IMG/VR virus record: IMGVR_UViG_3300024520_000062
Coordinates: 3,189-67,188 of that record
Source of the DNA: a virus
DNA length: 64,000 bases
Reading direction: 5' to 3' (one strand)
Shown here: in pieces, positions 21,250 through 30,281 of the stretch
Numbering within the stretch: the first letter of the stretch is position 1
Layout: each line of letters begins with the position of its first letter
Position numbers and translations under genes: made by a program
Notes under the pieces: generated by a model
What the model saw: the letters and a program-made list of their open reading frames with translations, nothing else
The model's database searches: none
Told to the model about the DNA's origin: nothing

Positions 21250-22131
21250 TCGCAAGTATGCAGCGAATACGTCGGGGTGACCCGGCGAAAGGGGACTGGG
21301 TGTCTCAACTCACTCCCGCCTGACTTCGGTCGGGTTATCGCATACAAGTCTCGTCCGGCGGGAGCGATCTCGCGCCTCTACTCACAAGGTGGGGACTACA
21401 ACGGAAAGACGGTGAAGGGTAGGAATGGAGTCGGGCTGGGAAACTCTGGGCCTGACGAGCGGTGTCGAAACCGCACCCCTCGCATGAAGCGTCTGACGTG
21501 AGACGGATAAGGGATGTGATGTTAGTCCGAACCGCGAGGTTAGGGCGGCATTGAGTTCGAACGGTGGTCGCTGACCGAAAGGGAGCGACAGTCGCGAAGA
21601 ACGGTGGAGTAGCCGCGAGGTGAAACACAGACGAAGAGTGGCATTCTGTGCCCCAAAAAGGCATGGAACCACGGACCCGCTCTCCGTCTTGGGACACGCC
21701 AATTGCTTTGTAGTTCAGTCTGGTTAGAACAACTGACTATAGATCAGTGGGTCGCGGGTTCGAATCCCGCCAAAGCGCCGACAGGCTAAAAACGGAAAGC
21801 CGGGTCCACCGTTCGCACGAAAATGGCTTAATGCTCTGGCCCCTCGGGGTAACAGAGCGACAATCACTCTCCCAAGGAGTGGATGTCTCAACGGCGAGTT
21901 GCACGGTTGGCTGCAACCATTCACTGTCCGATAGGGTAGACGGAATACGAATCGTTGAGTAGCGCGGACGGGATAGAGGCTCCGCCACCTCTCTAAAAAA
22001 GGCAGTCATGCGGTTGTACGTCATCGCTTTTAAGGGTGGCGTGGACAAAGGGGCAAGGCCGGTGGGGACATCGCGCCGTAATCCCAGCAAAGCAGTCGCG
22101 CAAACCGGGTGTAGTCTCAGCCCGGTTTTTT
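21250..22131 (+). ncRNA. Large structured RNA, GOLLD-like
   Basis: No credible ORF over ~880 nt. Many UUCG/GNRA-capped hairpins (CCTGAC-TTCG-GTCGGG, AACC-GCGA-GGTT, GTCGCT..GAAA..AGCGAC); GAGTAG, CCAAAAAGG and AAGGAGTGG blocks; terminal hairpin CCGGG-TGTAGTCTCAG-CCCGG plus U tract; embedded tRNA. Size, phage context and tRNA association fit GOLLD. Confidence 0.65.
21704..21778 (+). tRNA. tRNA with anticodon ATA (Tyr-like), embedded in the large RNA
   Basis: TGCTTTG/CAAAGCG acceptor, GTTC/GAAC D stem, ACTGA-CTATAGA-TCAGT anticodon arm, GCGGG-TTCGAAT-CCCGC T arm; short variable loop. Confidence 0.75.
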
Positions 22132-22139
22132 CACGCCCA

Positions 22140-22168
22140 TTGCCCATGTGGCATGGATATGCTATATT
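22140..22168 (+). promoter_or_regulatory. Sigma70-type promoter with extended -10
   Basis: TTGCCC-17 bp-TATATT with upstream TG; followed by GGTTACTG at 22180 and a GGAG RBS. Confidence 0.6.
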
Positions 22169-22212
22169 GATACCACGAAGGTTACTGTTCACATCTAGCA
22201 GGAGAGTTTTGT

Positions 22213-22677
22213 ATGGCGGTAGCACTACTAGTAGACGTGCCCGGCGGCGTCCTCTTCATCAAAGAGGCGGCGAATTTGAAACAGAACGAAGTCGCCGTGG
22301 CTGACCCACAGGCGATGCTCCGGTTGGCAGGACTGATCACCGGGAAGAACGGCCAGCCAACGTCGAAGGCGGTTGCTCCCAAAAAGGGAAAGCGGAAGTA
22401 TCGCAGGCGGTTGCCCTCGGCGCGGAAGAAGGGCCCCGGGAAGACCATGGTCGGTTACTGGGGTGACGTGGCCGTGAACCAGAAGAAGGTTCTCGACGCC
22501 ACCAACCTGACCTCCGACGAGCAGATCGTCATGAACATGACGTTCGGCGTTGGCAAGGTTGGTCCCCTGTCGGCTGTGGCGATCGCCAAGCGGCTGGAGG
22601 GTGTGTCCGCCATCAAGGTGTCGGAGATTCGCAAGTCGGCGTTCACCAAGCTCGACATCCACCGCCTCGGCCGGTGA
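22213..22677 (+). CDS. Regulator with C-terminal sigma70 region-4-like HTH
   Basis: LTSDEQIVMNMTFG..LSAVAIAKRLEGVSAIKVSEIRKSAFTKL matches the region-4 pattern; basic linker upstream. Confidence 0.6.
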   Translation: MAVALLVDVPGGVLFIKEAANLKQNEVAVADPQAMLRLAGLITGKNGQPTSKAVAPKKGKRKYRRRLPSARKKGPGKTMVGYWGDVAVNQKKVLDATNLTSDEQIVMNMTFGVGKVGPLSAVAIAKRLEGVSAIKVSEIRKSAFTKLDIHRLGR

Positions 22678-22870
22678 CCGATCGGACGCTGGCGGTTCGA
22701 CACAAGGTTCAGGCGCTGGACAAACTGATCGCCGATGTGGAGCGATGGCATGGCCGGCGCCACGACCTGAACACGGACCCCGTTCGCACTGGGCGACGGC
22801 TTCGCATGGACACCCTAGCGAAGGTCACCATGGCCCTGCGGGACTACCGTGCGCTGTTGAGGAAACAGCC

Positions 22871-23053
22871 ATGAAAAAGTATGAGTACGTCAAGATGGGG
22901 TGGAATAATCAGAACCAGTTCTCCAGCGACGATCCCAACTGGAATGGTATGGGGAAGCTGGGCTGGGAGTTGGTGTCGGTCGTGATAGAATCCAGCCGCA
23001 CCATGATGGGCAATGCATTCATCACTGGATTCTTCAAGCGAGAGCTTCCATGA
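22871..23053 (+). CDS. DUF4177-like small protein
   Basis: KYEY...MGKLGWELVSV...FFKR signature. Confidence 0.7.
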   Translation: MKKYEYVKMGWNNQNQFSSDDPNWNGMGKLGWELVSVVIESSRTMMGNAFITGFFKRELP

Positions 23054-23844
23054 AATACCGCGTGGTGGTGACGATCACCAAGGTACACCGAGGAACGATC
23101 GAGATAGCAAACATCGATCCAATGACAGGGAAGCCTTACAAAGAGCATGAGATCAAGAGCAAGATCTTCAGGGTGGTCGCAGGGCACGACAATATGGCGT
23201 GGGACACGCCGGAAGCCGTACCGCTCGAAAATATCGGCCTCGACGTGAAGAGGGTAGACGAATGAGAGAAACCGAGAAGTACCAAGTCGAGCACAGTCGA
23301 GTGCTACGGTGGCTCTGCGATCTCTGTGGTAAAGAGTTCAAAGAGGAAGAAATTATCGGAGGCGGCGTCGAGAGGCACACCAACGAAGTGCGGATCGAAG
23401 CCAATGAGTTCAAGGGCTGTCATGTTGACGGGTGCTGGGGCGGCGGCGTTGTCACCAGAGTAGACGTGTTGCCGTTCCTCCAGAAGCGAGCGCGACAGGT
23501 AGCGGGGAAAGAACTTCCCAAGGGTGCGGAGTGGGATATATGAACCGCCGCTCGATCTGGACGACGCGCACCGGCCGGATGGTGCGGGTGGGCGACATGG
23601 AGGATTCCTCGTACATCGCACCATAAATCGGCGTGGTGTGCTCGGGGTCCGTCGCAGCCAGCGCAGCCATCTCGTCCTCCCACGCCCATCTCGCCATCTC
23701 ACCAGTCGGTCCCGGCCTCTGCACCTCTGCGAAGATCATGGCTTCGTGGTGCCTCTGGAGGAAGTGGATCGCGTTGACCAGATGGTCGTAGCGGCACGAC
23801 GGAAGTTGAAATTCAAATCACATTACTATGAAGGGGTGGTGTAA

Positions 23845-24174
23845 ATGGTAGCACCGAAGAAGTTCAAGAAGAAGAGTCAGGTCCAAGTGGCTCGAGAAAA
23901 GATCGGCTGGAATCAGACCCAGTTGGCCGAGTGGCTGGGCTGGAGTCAGACGATGGTGTCGTACCTCGAGACGGGACGCGCGCCGTCGCCACTGCAGCGC
24001 CGGCGCCTGCGTGCGTTCGAGACGTTGGTGCAGGCGGACATCCGGCTGGGCAAGAACAAACGTCAGCCGTGCCCGTGGTGGAATAAACACCTCAACCGTT
24101 CGGCGTTCGACGTGTTCGCACACCTCGAGAGTTGCCCGGCCTGCACGGCCTTCGTCGTGAAACTGACGCGATGA
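23845..24174 (+). CDS. XRE/Cro-type HTH protein
   Basis: AREKIGWNQTQLAEWLGWSQTMVSYLETG; Cys/His-rich C-terminus. Confidence 0.8.
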   Translation: MVAPKKFKKKSQVQVAREKIGWNQTQLAEWLGWSQTMVSYLETGRAPSPLQRRRLRAFETLVQADIRLGKNKRQPCPWWNKHLNRSAFDVFAHLESCPACTAFVVKLTR

Positions 24175-24772
24175 AGGAGTATCTCGGAGACGCGGTGTAC
24201 GCGGAAGTTGACCGATGGGGTGGTATCGTTCTCACGACAGAGAACGGCTATAGCACGTCCAACACCATCGTCATGGAACCGCAGGTGATCACAGCGATGG
24301 AAGCCTTCATCAAACAAGCGCGAGAGAAGGGTGTGCTCCGATGAAGATCAACCGCATCGAATTACGTGGCGGTGGGCACCTTTGGCCCGAGTCCATTGAG
24401 AACGTCACTTCCGGCTGCACCATCAACATTGAGGGCGTGATCGAAGCGCACGTTCATGTGAGTGGCGTTGATGCTCACATGGATGACATCAAACTCAGTC
24501 GCCGCCTCACTCTCACCGTCGAAGGTAAGACGCTGGTGGTGACACTAGGGCCAACACGGGGTGTTGCCAACATGCTGCGGTTGGCGGCAGAAGTGTTGGA
24601 AGCGAGGGAGAACGAATGAAGGCACACGCCGAGCAGGTTGCAGAATTGAAGACCGCCGTATGGAAAGCGGTCAAGGAACAACGCGCCGAGGGGAACATCG
24701 GTCGTGGCGACAGCCGCATCTTCGTCATGCAGGCGTTCGATGATGCGTGGCCTTACATCAGGGAGGAGAAAG

Positions 24773-25138
24773 ATGGCAAGTGAGTTCTACGACGACGTGG
24801 ACCGTGCCAGTCGTCAACCACTATCGAAGCGCGGCATTGATCTTGATGCCATCGAGGCACGATGCGCCAAACGACTTGCGCCCGCGCCGTGGGTAGTGTC
24901 GGAGAGCGGGGAAGAGCGACCAGACCCACATGGCCCTCCGATACCCTACGCCTTTTTCGCTTGTGGTCCGACAGGTTCAGGCTCGATGTCGATGGAGGGG
25001 CGTGAGTTTGAAGACGCCGAGTTCATCGCCCATGCCCGCGAAGACCTCCCAGCATTGGTGGCCGAGGTCCGGCGACTGCGTGACCAGCGAGACACCCTGA
25101 TGGATAAACTGGATGCCGCGACAGGAGGGGAAGGGTGA
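24773..25138 (+). CDS. Ead/Ea22-like protein
   Basis: DAEFIAHAREDLPALVAEVRRLR signature. Confidence 0.65.
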   Translation: MASEFYDDVDRASRQPLSKRGIDLDAIEARCAKRLAPAPWVVSESGEERPDPHGPPIPYAFFACGPTGSGSMSMEGREFEDAEFIAHAREDLPALVAEVRRLRDQRDTLMDKLDAATGGEG

Positions 25139-25318
25139 TCGGACTCTGGTTGATCTGGCGTCACCGTTGGTTCGGGTGGCACTGGTGGTACGAACATCGT
25201 CTCGACGGGAAGGATGTGCGGCTGTGCCACCTGTGTCCCATCATTCAGGAACGCGAGCGCAACTACGATCCGCGTACCGGGCACTACTACACATGGACCA
25301 CGATCACGGAGATTCCAA

Positions 25319-26683
25319 ATGAGTGACCCGAAACGGTGCCCAACGTGCCGACAGGCTATGCCGGGGTTTGATGGATTTGACCCCGACACAGGTAAGCCAC
25401 GCCCTTGTCTCGACGCCTTCCACGGCACCCCGGCCAGCGAGCCGATAGACGACACGGGTATGGCACAACCAGAGAGCAACCTAGTCCTCTGCGATTTTCG
25501 GAGCGTTGGCTTCCGATGCACCGAACCGGAGGGGCACACGCCACCACACCGTCAGAATGAGGAGCCGTGGCCCCGGTGCGCTAGTCACAACCCGACACAA
25601 GAGATGATGCAGTGCCAGCTATACCAGCACCATCCACCTCCTCACGAGTACGACGGGATTACTTGGACCGACGCTATCGCTCAGTGGGCTCGTAATTGGT
25701 GGACGGGACTTAGGGGCGCGGGCCAACAGGCCAGCCTCGACTATGCGAAAAGAAAAAACCTCAAGATAGACTATGGCACTCCACAGGAGGAACGGGAGCG
25801 ATACGCCGTGTGGTATGAGGCGTCTGATGGTTGGTGGGACGCCGTTATGCCAGTGCTTGTACAGTACATCAGGGAAAACGGTGGACTAAAAAGCATCGAC
25901 ACCACACCGAAAGGACCGACAACGTGGACACTAGGGACTTCCGTGGTGACGAAACGGTGCCCCGTGTGCGACAGCGCAGACCCCGAGGAGTACGGCAGGA
26001 AGGACATAGATGGAATCATTTCATGGTGTACGCCATCTCACCATGACGTCTTCCACGACACCCCGAGGGCCGAGGAATCACAGATTCCTGACCCGGCCAG
26101 CGAGCCGGACGAGAAAGCCGCAACCACTGGGGCCAAGACCGGGCAGCCGACCTACTACGAGGTAACGAAATACCCCGGCGTCCGGTTTGTGCTTGCGTCC
26201 GAGGCTGACCGCATGGTGCGGGAGGAACGGGAGGCCGGGAAGGTTGAGGGTGCCGACCTTGCACTCGACGGGTTCGGTGGGGCTCCGGTAAGTGAGGGCG
26301 AGGGCTGGTACGTCTGCATCAACGAAGATGGGGATGTGCGGGAGTACGACACCGCGAAGGATGCCGTCCGTGGCGTGTTCGACTACGGAATGGAGCTTGG
26401 TAAGCAGGAGGCTGACAAGATGGTGCGGGAGGCACACGCACAAGGATGGACTGACTGTATGCTGTCCGATCCATGTGGAGATGCGGTGCGGGAGGCGATG
26501 GATCAAGCCCTACAGAACAGCTTGGAAGCGGTAAAGAACGCCAAGGCAGGGGCGGCGATGGAGGAACGGGAGGCTTGTGCGAGGGTGGCCGATGGATACG
26601 ATCAGGGTGGTCTTATTGGTGCCATCCCGCAAGTGATCGCCGCTGCCATCCGAGCGAGGAGGAACGATGGCTCGACTGATTGA
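25319..26683 (+). CDS. Mosaic hypothetical protein with Cys/His modules
   Basis: Two KRCPxC...FHxTP..PASEP modules, repeated ADxMVRE segments, C-terminal EREACARVAD. Confidence 0.55.
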   Translation: MSDPKRCPTCRQAMPGFDGFDPDTGKPRPCLDAFHGTPASEPIDDTGMAQPESNLVLCDFRSVGFRCTEPEGHTPPHRQNEEPWPRCASHNPTQEMMQCQLYQHHPPPHEYDGITWTDAIAQWARNWWTGLRGAGQQASLDYAKRKNLKIDYGTPQEERERYAVWYEASDGWWDAVMPVLVQYIRENGGLKSIDTTPKGPTTWTLGTSVVTKRCPVCDSADPEEYGRKDIDGIISWCTPSHHDVFHDTPRAEESQIPDPASEPDEKAATTGAKTGQPTYYEVTKYPGVRFVLASEADRMVREEREAGKVEGADLALDGFGGAPVSEGEGWYVCINEDGDVREYDTAKDAVRGVFDYGMELGKQEADKMVREAHAQGWTDCMLSDPCGDAVREAMDQALQNSLEAVKNAKAGAAMEEREACARVADGYDQGGLIGAIPQVIAAAIRARRNDGSTD

Positions 26684-27507
26684 CAACAAGGGTTACTTGC
26701 GCGAGCTAACTGCGGTGAAAGAAATCGTTCAGGAAGAAGTGGAAGAGTTTGCCGAGTTGTATGGCAAAGCGCAGGGTGACGACGGCCTGTGTTTGGCCGC
26801 TGCGAAACGGTGGGGGAAGCAACGAGATCTGGCCACCACAGAACGATGGGGGAACGATGATCAACCTGCGTGACTACGACACCGTCGCTCCAGAGCGAGT
26901 GCAGGTCGCTTCCAATATGCAAAACCCCGTGAAGATCGCGGAGTGGTGGTCGGACACCCGGCTCTACATCGACAGCATGAGGGGTTTGGATCGGGTAGTG
27001 ACCATCTCGCACGATCCAGACGAGAACGTATTCTACCTGTCTTCCCTGCCCGAGGAGTTGCCATGACCGTGGCCGAGTTAATCACCGCGCTACAGAGCAT
27101 TAACCCACAAGAGGAATTGGTTGTTCTGTGGGATAATGAGACGAACAGCGACGACTTCCGGTTCACTGTGGTGGACGGGTGTAGGGCGGGCTCGGCCCAC
27201 GAAGAGGGGGCCGACTACGAAGGCGAGGACGTGGACGAAAAACCCGTAATCATTCTTTCAGGAGACTTGGTATGATCGCTGGATACCTGCCGTGCGAACG
27301 GCCAGACTGTAGCAACGTCATGCCATTGTGTCTTGATGAGCAGAACACTAGCATGATGGACGTAATGTGCGGTCAATGCGGGCAGCTACACTATGTGTAT
27401 CCCAACTCATTGGCGTCGAACGCTTGGGTGGGCAACACCCAAACAGCAGACTCCACGCCTTCGCGGCTCTTCGGTTTCTTGGAGATGGTTCAGGCGTTTT
27501 TCCAACG

Positions 27508-29223
27508 ATGAGGACACCCGTCGTCAAGATCGCCGTGGCCTACGGCCGGCTCTACGTGTCCGGCCCCGACAAGCAGCGCGTCCAGCACCTACCCGGCGCC
27601 GTCTACAACAGGCGGCGGGACTGGTACGAGATATCGCTGACCATCCCCACCCTCAATCGTATTCGCAAAGCGTTAGGCGTTGACAAGGCCACCCTGCGCT
27701 CCATGTGCGCCGACACCGTCGTTAATTGGGTGGAAGCAGCGAACCAGAGCAACGCGCTGGTGACCTCCGTACACAGCCAGCTGGAGGCCGGAGGATACCG
27801 AGAACTTCCGTGGGACGACGCCGCCGAGGGTAAGCCGCCATACGAGCACCAGCTAGTGATGGGGACGGTCGCCACCACCCTCGACGGGACGATGTTCACC
27901 GGAGAGATGGGTACGGGTAAGACCCGGCCGGCCATCGAGGCGATGCGGTATCAATTAGACAACGGGCTCGACATCATTGTGGTGCTGTGCCCCAAGGGGG
28001 TGATGCCTACATGGCGCGCCCAGCTGAATCGCTGGGCGCCCAGTCTCAAGTACTTCATACTGTCTGACATGGCGATGGCGAAGCGCCGGCAGGTGCTGCG
28101 GCTGGCCCCAAAGGGTTCGATCGTCGTCATTAACTACGACGTGATCGAGAAGATGAGCGGGGTGATCCTCGAGCGGTTCGACAAGGAGTCGGGTGGACTG
28201 GCGATGGATGAGATCCACCGCATCCGCAACCCACAAGCGAAGTGGTCGAAAGCCACTATGAAGATCGCCGCGCACGCCGACTGGCGGCTGGGGATGACGG
28301 GGAGTCCGATCCTCAACGGCGCCGAGAACGTGTGGTCGCAGTGGTACTGCATGGACTTCGGTGTGACGTTCGGCGCCAACTACGTGCAGTTCAAACAGGA
28401 GTTCTTCGAGACGTCCTTCGACGGGTTCAAGTTGTTACCCAAACAGGGAACACTCGAGGAGATCGGCCATCGGATGCGTCGGCGTGGGCTGCGGTACACC
28501 ACCGACGAGTGTCTGGATCTACCACCCAAAATCTACGAGTCAGAGGAGGTCGAGCTTGGAAAGGAACAGGGGCGAATTTACGAAGAGATGCGTGAAGAAC
28601 TCGTCGCTCGGATTAGAGCGGCGGAAGCCGGGGACGAGGAAGAAGAGGGTTTGGCAACAGCGGCAACTCAACTTGTCGCGATACTGCGGCTCGCGCAAAT
28701 CACCAGCGGTCATGTTCCCGACATCGAAGGACGCATTGTCGCGTTGTCGCCAAATCCTAAACTCGATGCCTTGGACCGAATCGTTCGCGAGAACATTCGA
28801 GATCGCCAGATCATCGTCTGGTGTTGTTACCGTGAAAATTACCGGGCCATCTCTGTGCGACTGGCCGATCTTGCCCCCGAGTTAATCGTAGGCGGGATGA
28901 CAACGGAGGAACGGAGTGACGTGGAGCAACGGTTCAACGCCGGCAAAACACGGCTGCTGATCAGCAACCCCGCCGTCGGTGGCCTCGGCCTGAACCTACA
29001 AGCGGCGTCACTGGCGATCTACTACTCGATGAATTACAACCTCGAGCACCGACTGCAGTCGGAAGCGCGGTGCCATCGAGCGGGAAGCGAGATCCACAAG
29101 AGCGTGACGTATGTTGACCTACTGGCCAAAGGGACCATCGATCGAGTGATCATGGGTGCGATCAGCGACAAGAAAAACGTGGCCGACGCGGTGGTCGATC
29201 TCAAGGGAGCGATAGGCGTATGA
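27508..29223 (+). CDS. SNF2-family helicase
   Basis: EMGTGKT Walker A, DEIH, MTGSP, GLGLNLQ, QSEARCHRAG motifs. Confidence 0.92.
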   Translation: MRTPVVKIAVAYGRLYVSGPDKQRVQHLPGAVYNRRRDWYEISLTIPTLNRIRKALGVDKATLRSMCADTVVNWVEAANQSNALVTSVHSQLEAGGYRELPWDDAAEGKPPYEHQLVMGTVATTLDGTMFTGEMGTGKTRPAIEAMRYQLDNGLDIIVVLCPKGVMPTWRAQLNRWAPSLKYFILSDMAMAKRRQVLRLAPKGSIVVINYDVIEKMSGVILERFDKESGGLAMDEIHRIRNPQAKWSKATMKIAAHADWRLGMTGSPILNGAENVWSQWYCMDFGVTFGANYVQFKQEFFETSFDGFKLLPKQGTLEEIGHRMRRRGLRYTTDECLDLPPKIYESEEVELGKEQGRIYEEMREELVARIRAAEAGDEEEEGLATAATQLVAILRLAQITSGHVPDIEGRIVALSPNPKLDALDRIVRENIRDRQIIVWCCYRENYRAISVRLADLAPELIVGGMTTEERSDVEQRFNAGKTRLLISNPAVGGLGLNLQAASLAIYYSMNYNLEHRLQSEARCHRAGSEIHKSVTYVDLLAKGTIDRVIMGAISDKKNVADAVVDLKGAIGV

Positions 29224-29504
29224 AAAACAAACGCTACATGACATGGGAAGAGAAACTAGACGACGGGGACAGTTCTTATCTGGTGCTAGACGCGACAAAG
29301 GGCGACAAACGACGGCACGTTCACTGGTCTGGCTACATGTGGAAGTTCGTAATACCGAGCGGGTAATTGTGCCCGCATCATTCAAGGGAGGTAGAGTATG
29401 AGGTATGGAGGGTTGCGTGGCGTTTGAGGGTTGACGCCACCCCCGAAGTCCATAGATTTGTACCCTCGGATACTGACAAACCCACCTACATCAAGGACTG
29501 GACA

Positions 29505-30281
29505 ATGCCCAAGAAAGAGACTGAGCCCTCCAAGAATCTGCCCGTCAGCATCAGGGAAGACCTCCTCGCCGCACAGGCCGAGTCGATCGAGAATGTCACC
29601 CTTCCACGGGTGAAAATTATGGGGGCAGCCGCCTGTCTCTACGAATTCGGAGACACCAACGACACCGAGCGGTCGTTCACCGGAGTTATCCTCAACTACC
29701 ACCCACGGAACGTGATGTGGGACAAGCCATACGGAGAGGAACGCGCCGAGGGAGAGGACTCTTCCCCGGCCTGCTCCAGTGTGAACAACGTGGTGGGTCA
29801 CCCACGGCGTGGGTTCGAGCACAAGATGTTGGAGGAAACCGCCAACGGCACCGAATCCATCAACTGCAAAGAGTGCAAGTACGCGCAGTGGGGATCGAAG
29901 CGATTGATCTCCGAGAAGGGGAACGCCAAGGGTAAGGCGTGTACCAACCAGCGCAGTTTGTACATCATGATGGACGACCGCGCCACACCCGTCGAGTTGA
30001 CGTTGCCGCCGACCAGTCTCGCCGGCTACGACGAGTACCTGATGTCGCTCGTCAACAAGACGCTGCCCGTCCAGTCAGTTGTCACCAAGTTCAGTCAGGA
30101 GAAAAAAGAGAAGAAGGGTTTGGAGTGGGCGCAGGCGACGTTTGAAATGGTGGCGGAGTTGGACGGCGAGCAGTTCACCAAGATCATGGAACTACGGGAG
30201 CAGTTCTCCGCTGTGATCGCGCCTGAGGATGTAGTGCCCGTACTCAGCGAAGAAGGCAAAGATTCTGACCTGCCCTTCTGA
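29505..30281 (+). CDS. Putative single-stranded DNA-binding protein (Zn-containing)
   Basis: PACSS, CKEC, GKAC, LTLPPTSL; acidic C-terminus DSDLPF; lies between helicase and primase. Confidence 0.6.
   Translation: MPKKETEPSKNLPVSIREDLLAAQAESIENVTLPRVKIMGAAACLYEFGDTNDTERSFTGVILNYHPRNVMWDKPYGEERAEGEDSSPACSSVNNVVGHPRRGFEHKMLEETANGTESINCKECKYAQWGSKRLISEKGNAKGKACTNQRSLYIMMDDRATPVELTLPPTSLAGYDEYLMSLVNKTLPVQSVVTKFSQEKKEKKGLEWAQATFEMVAELDGEQFTKIMELREQFSAVIAPEDVVPVLSEEGKDSDLPF

Noticed and set aside
22149-22163. TGGCATGGATATGCT as a sigma54 site
   Set aside because: GG-to-GC spacing is 9, not 10; a sigma70 promoter explains the sequence.
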